Of a stretch of DNA of 64,000 nt, positions 63,101 through 64,000 are shown one piece after another. The DNA comes from Eledone cirrhosa. Taxonomy: Eukaryota. Within the stretch, counting starts at the first letter, position 1; each line of letters opens with the position of its first letter. Under the pieces are notes generated by a model. It ran no database searches and was not told the origin of the DNA. It was given only the letters and a program-made list of their open reading frames with translations. The translations under genes were made by a program, and so were the position numbers. The DNA lies in contig CAXHJY010000001.1 of assembly GCA_964016885.1 (NCBI GenBank), positions 62,001-126,000 of the forward strand, in the 5' to 3' direction.

Positions 63101-64000
63101 CTAAACAACCACTAGATACCACTGAACAACCACTAGATATCACTGATCAACCACAGATACCACTGAACGACCACTAGATATCACTGAACAACCACAGATA
63201 CCACTGAAAAACCACAGATACCACTAAACAACCACTAGATATCACTAAACAACCACCTGATACCATTAAACAACCACTAGATACCACTGAACAGCCACTA
63301 GATACCACTGAACAACCACTAGATACCACTGAACGGCCACTAGATACCACTGAACGGCCACTCGATACCACTGAACGACCACTAGATACCACTGAACGAC
63401 CACTAGATACCACTGAACGACCACTAGATACCACTGAACCACCACTAGATACCACTGAACCACCACTAGATACCACTGAACCACCACTAGATACCAGTGA
63501 ACAACCACAATATACCACTGAACAACCACTAGATACCACTGAACAACCACTAGATACCACTGAACAACCACTAGATACCACAGAACAACCACTAGGTACC
63601 ACTGAACAACCACTAGGTACCACTGAACAACCACTAGGTACCACTGAACAACCACCTGATACCACTGAACTACCACTAGATACTAACACTAAAGTACCAC
63701 TAGATACCACTGAACAACTAGATACCACTAAACAACCACTAGAAACAACTGAACAACCAGTAGATACAACTGAACAACCACTATATACCACTAAACAACC
63801 ACTAGATACCATTGGACAACCACTAGATACCACTAAACTACCACTAGATACAACTAAACTACCACTAGATACCACTAAACTACCACTAGATACCACTGGA
63901 CAAATACTAGATTCTACTAAGCTACCACTGGATACCACTAAATACCACGAACAACCACTATGTACCACTGGACAACCACTAGATACCAATAAACAACCAT

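Larger units (their letters stand above)
1..64000. repeat. Tandem satellite/minisatellite array, 21-bp monomer GATACCACT(G/A)AACAACCACTA, about 3,000 copies, extending to both window edges
   Basis: Every line consists of the 21-mer or variants with a few substitutions (e.g. 8270-8390 and 14480-14580 are near-pure GATACCACTGAACAACCACTA; 10720-10830 is pure GATACCACTAAACAACCACTA). All copies are in one orientation. Translations are 7-aa periodic. The consensus + strand has 9 A, 7 C, 3 T and 2 G. Confidence 0.99.

Noticed and set aside
260-63230. AACCACA (RUNX-type core) and GATA motifs in many monomers
   Set aside because: These are short motifs one change away from, or inside, the consensus. 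They are expected by chance and there is no evidence of function.
442-63676. Hydrophobic (VVVQWYL)n minus-strand ORFs resembling membrane proteins
   Set aside because: This frame is open only across runs of G-variant monomers and is closed by TAG at each A-variant monomer, so it is a repeat artefact.
1-64000. CRISPR array or other repeat-spacer system
   Set aside because: There are no unique spacers, since all intervening sequence is monomer variant, and there are no cas genes or leader.
1-64000. Antigenic-variation cassette library or diversity-generating system
   Set aside because: No recombinase, reverse transcriptase, expression locus or conserved flanking sites are present. The variation is explained by ordinary satellite slippage and unequal exchange.
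1-64000. G-quadruplex, hairpin or terminator structures
   Set aside because: Only GG doublets with 8-9-nt loops occur. Palindromes are limited to 4-6 bp (CTAG, GATATC, GGTACC), and I saw no inverted copies of the monomer.
1-64000. Wholly artefactual sequence (concatemer or amplification artefact)
   Set aside because: Nested shared variants, position-dependent sub-families and CpG-biased changes indicate an evolved array. Individual duplications still need read-level validation.

Overview
The entire 64 kb is one uninterrupted, single-orientation tandem repeat array (satellite/minisatellite DNA) of about 3,000 monomers. The 21-bp consensus is GATACCACT(G/A)AACAACCACTA. I see no unique sequence, transposon, RNA gene, CRISPR array or credible protein-coding gene. 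The many ORFs arise because three of the six frames of the 21-mer lack stop codons (DTTEQPL on +; SSGCSVV and VVVQWYL on -), and they are repeatedly broken by frameshifts and stops shared between repeat copies. The array is hierarchical. (1) A 10+11-bp sub-repeat is built on an ACCACT core. (2) The 21-bp monomers have 18-, 20-, 24- and 30-bp length variants. (3) Variant monomers form ordered cassettes recurring about every 1-2.6 kb. (4) Overlapping recent duplications have periods of about 2.5, 4.7, 6.25-6.29, 7.6-7.8 and 11.7-11.9 kb. (5) Left and right sub-domains carry different diagnostic variants. Several differences between copies are CpG->TpG/CpA changes, which suggests a CpG-methylating, probably eukaryotic, host. 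I found no multi-gene novel system; the interest lies in the repeat architecture. Duplication boundaries were estimated by eye and from ORF-track offsets, so they are approximate.
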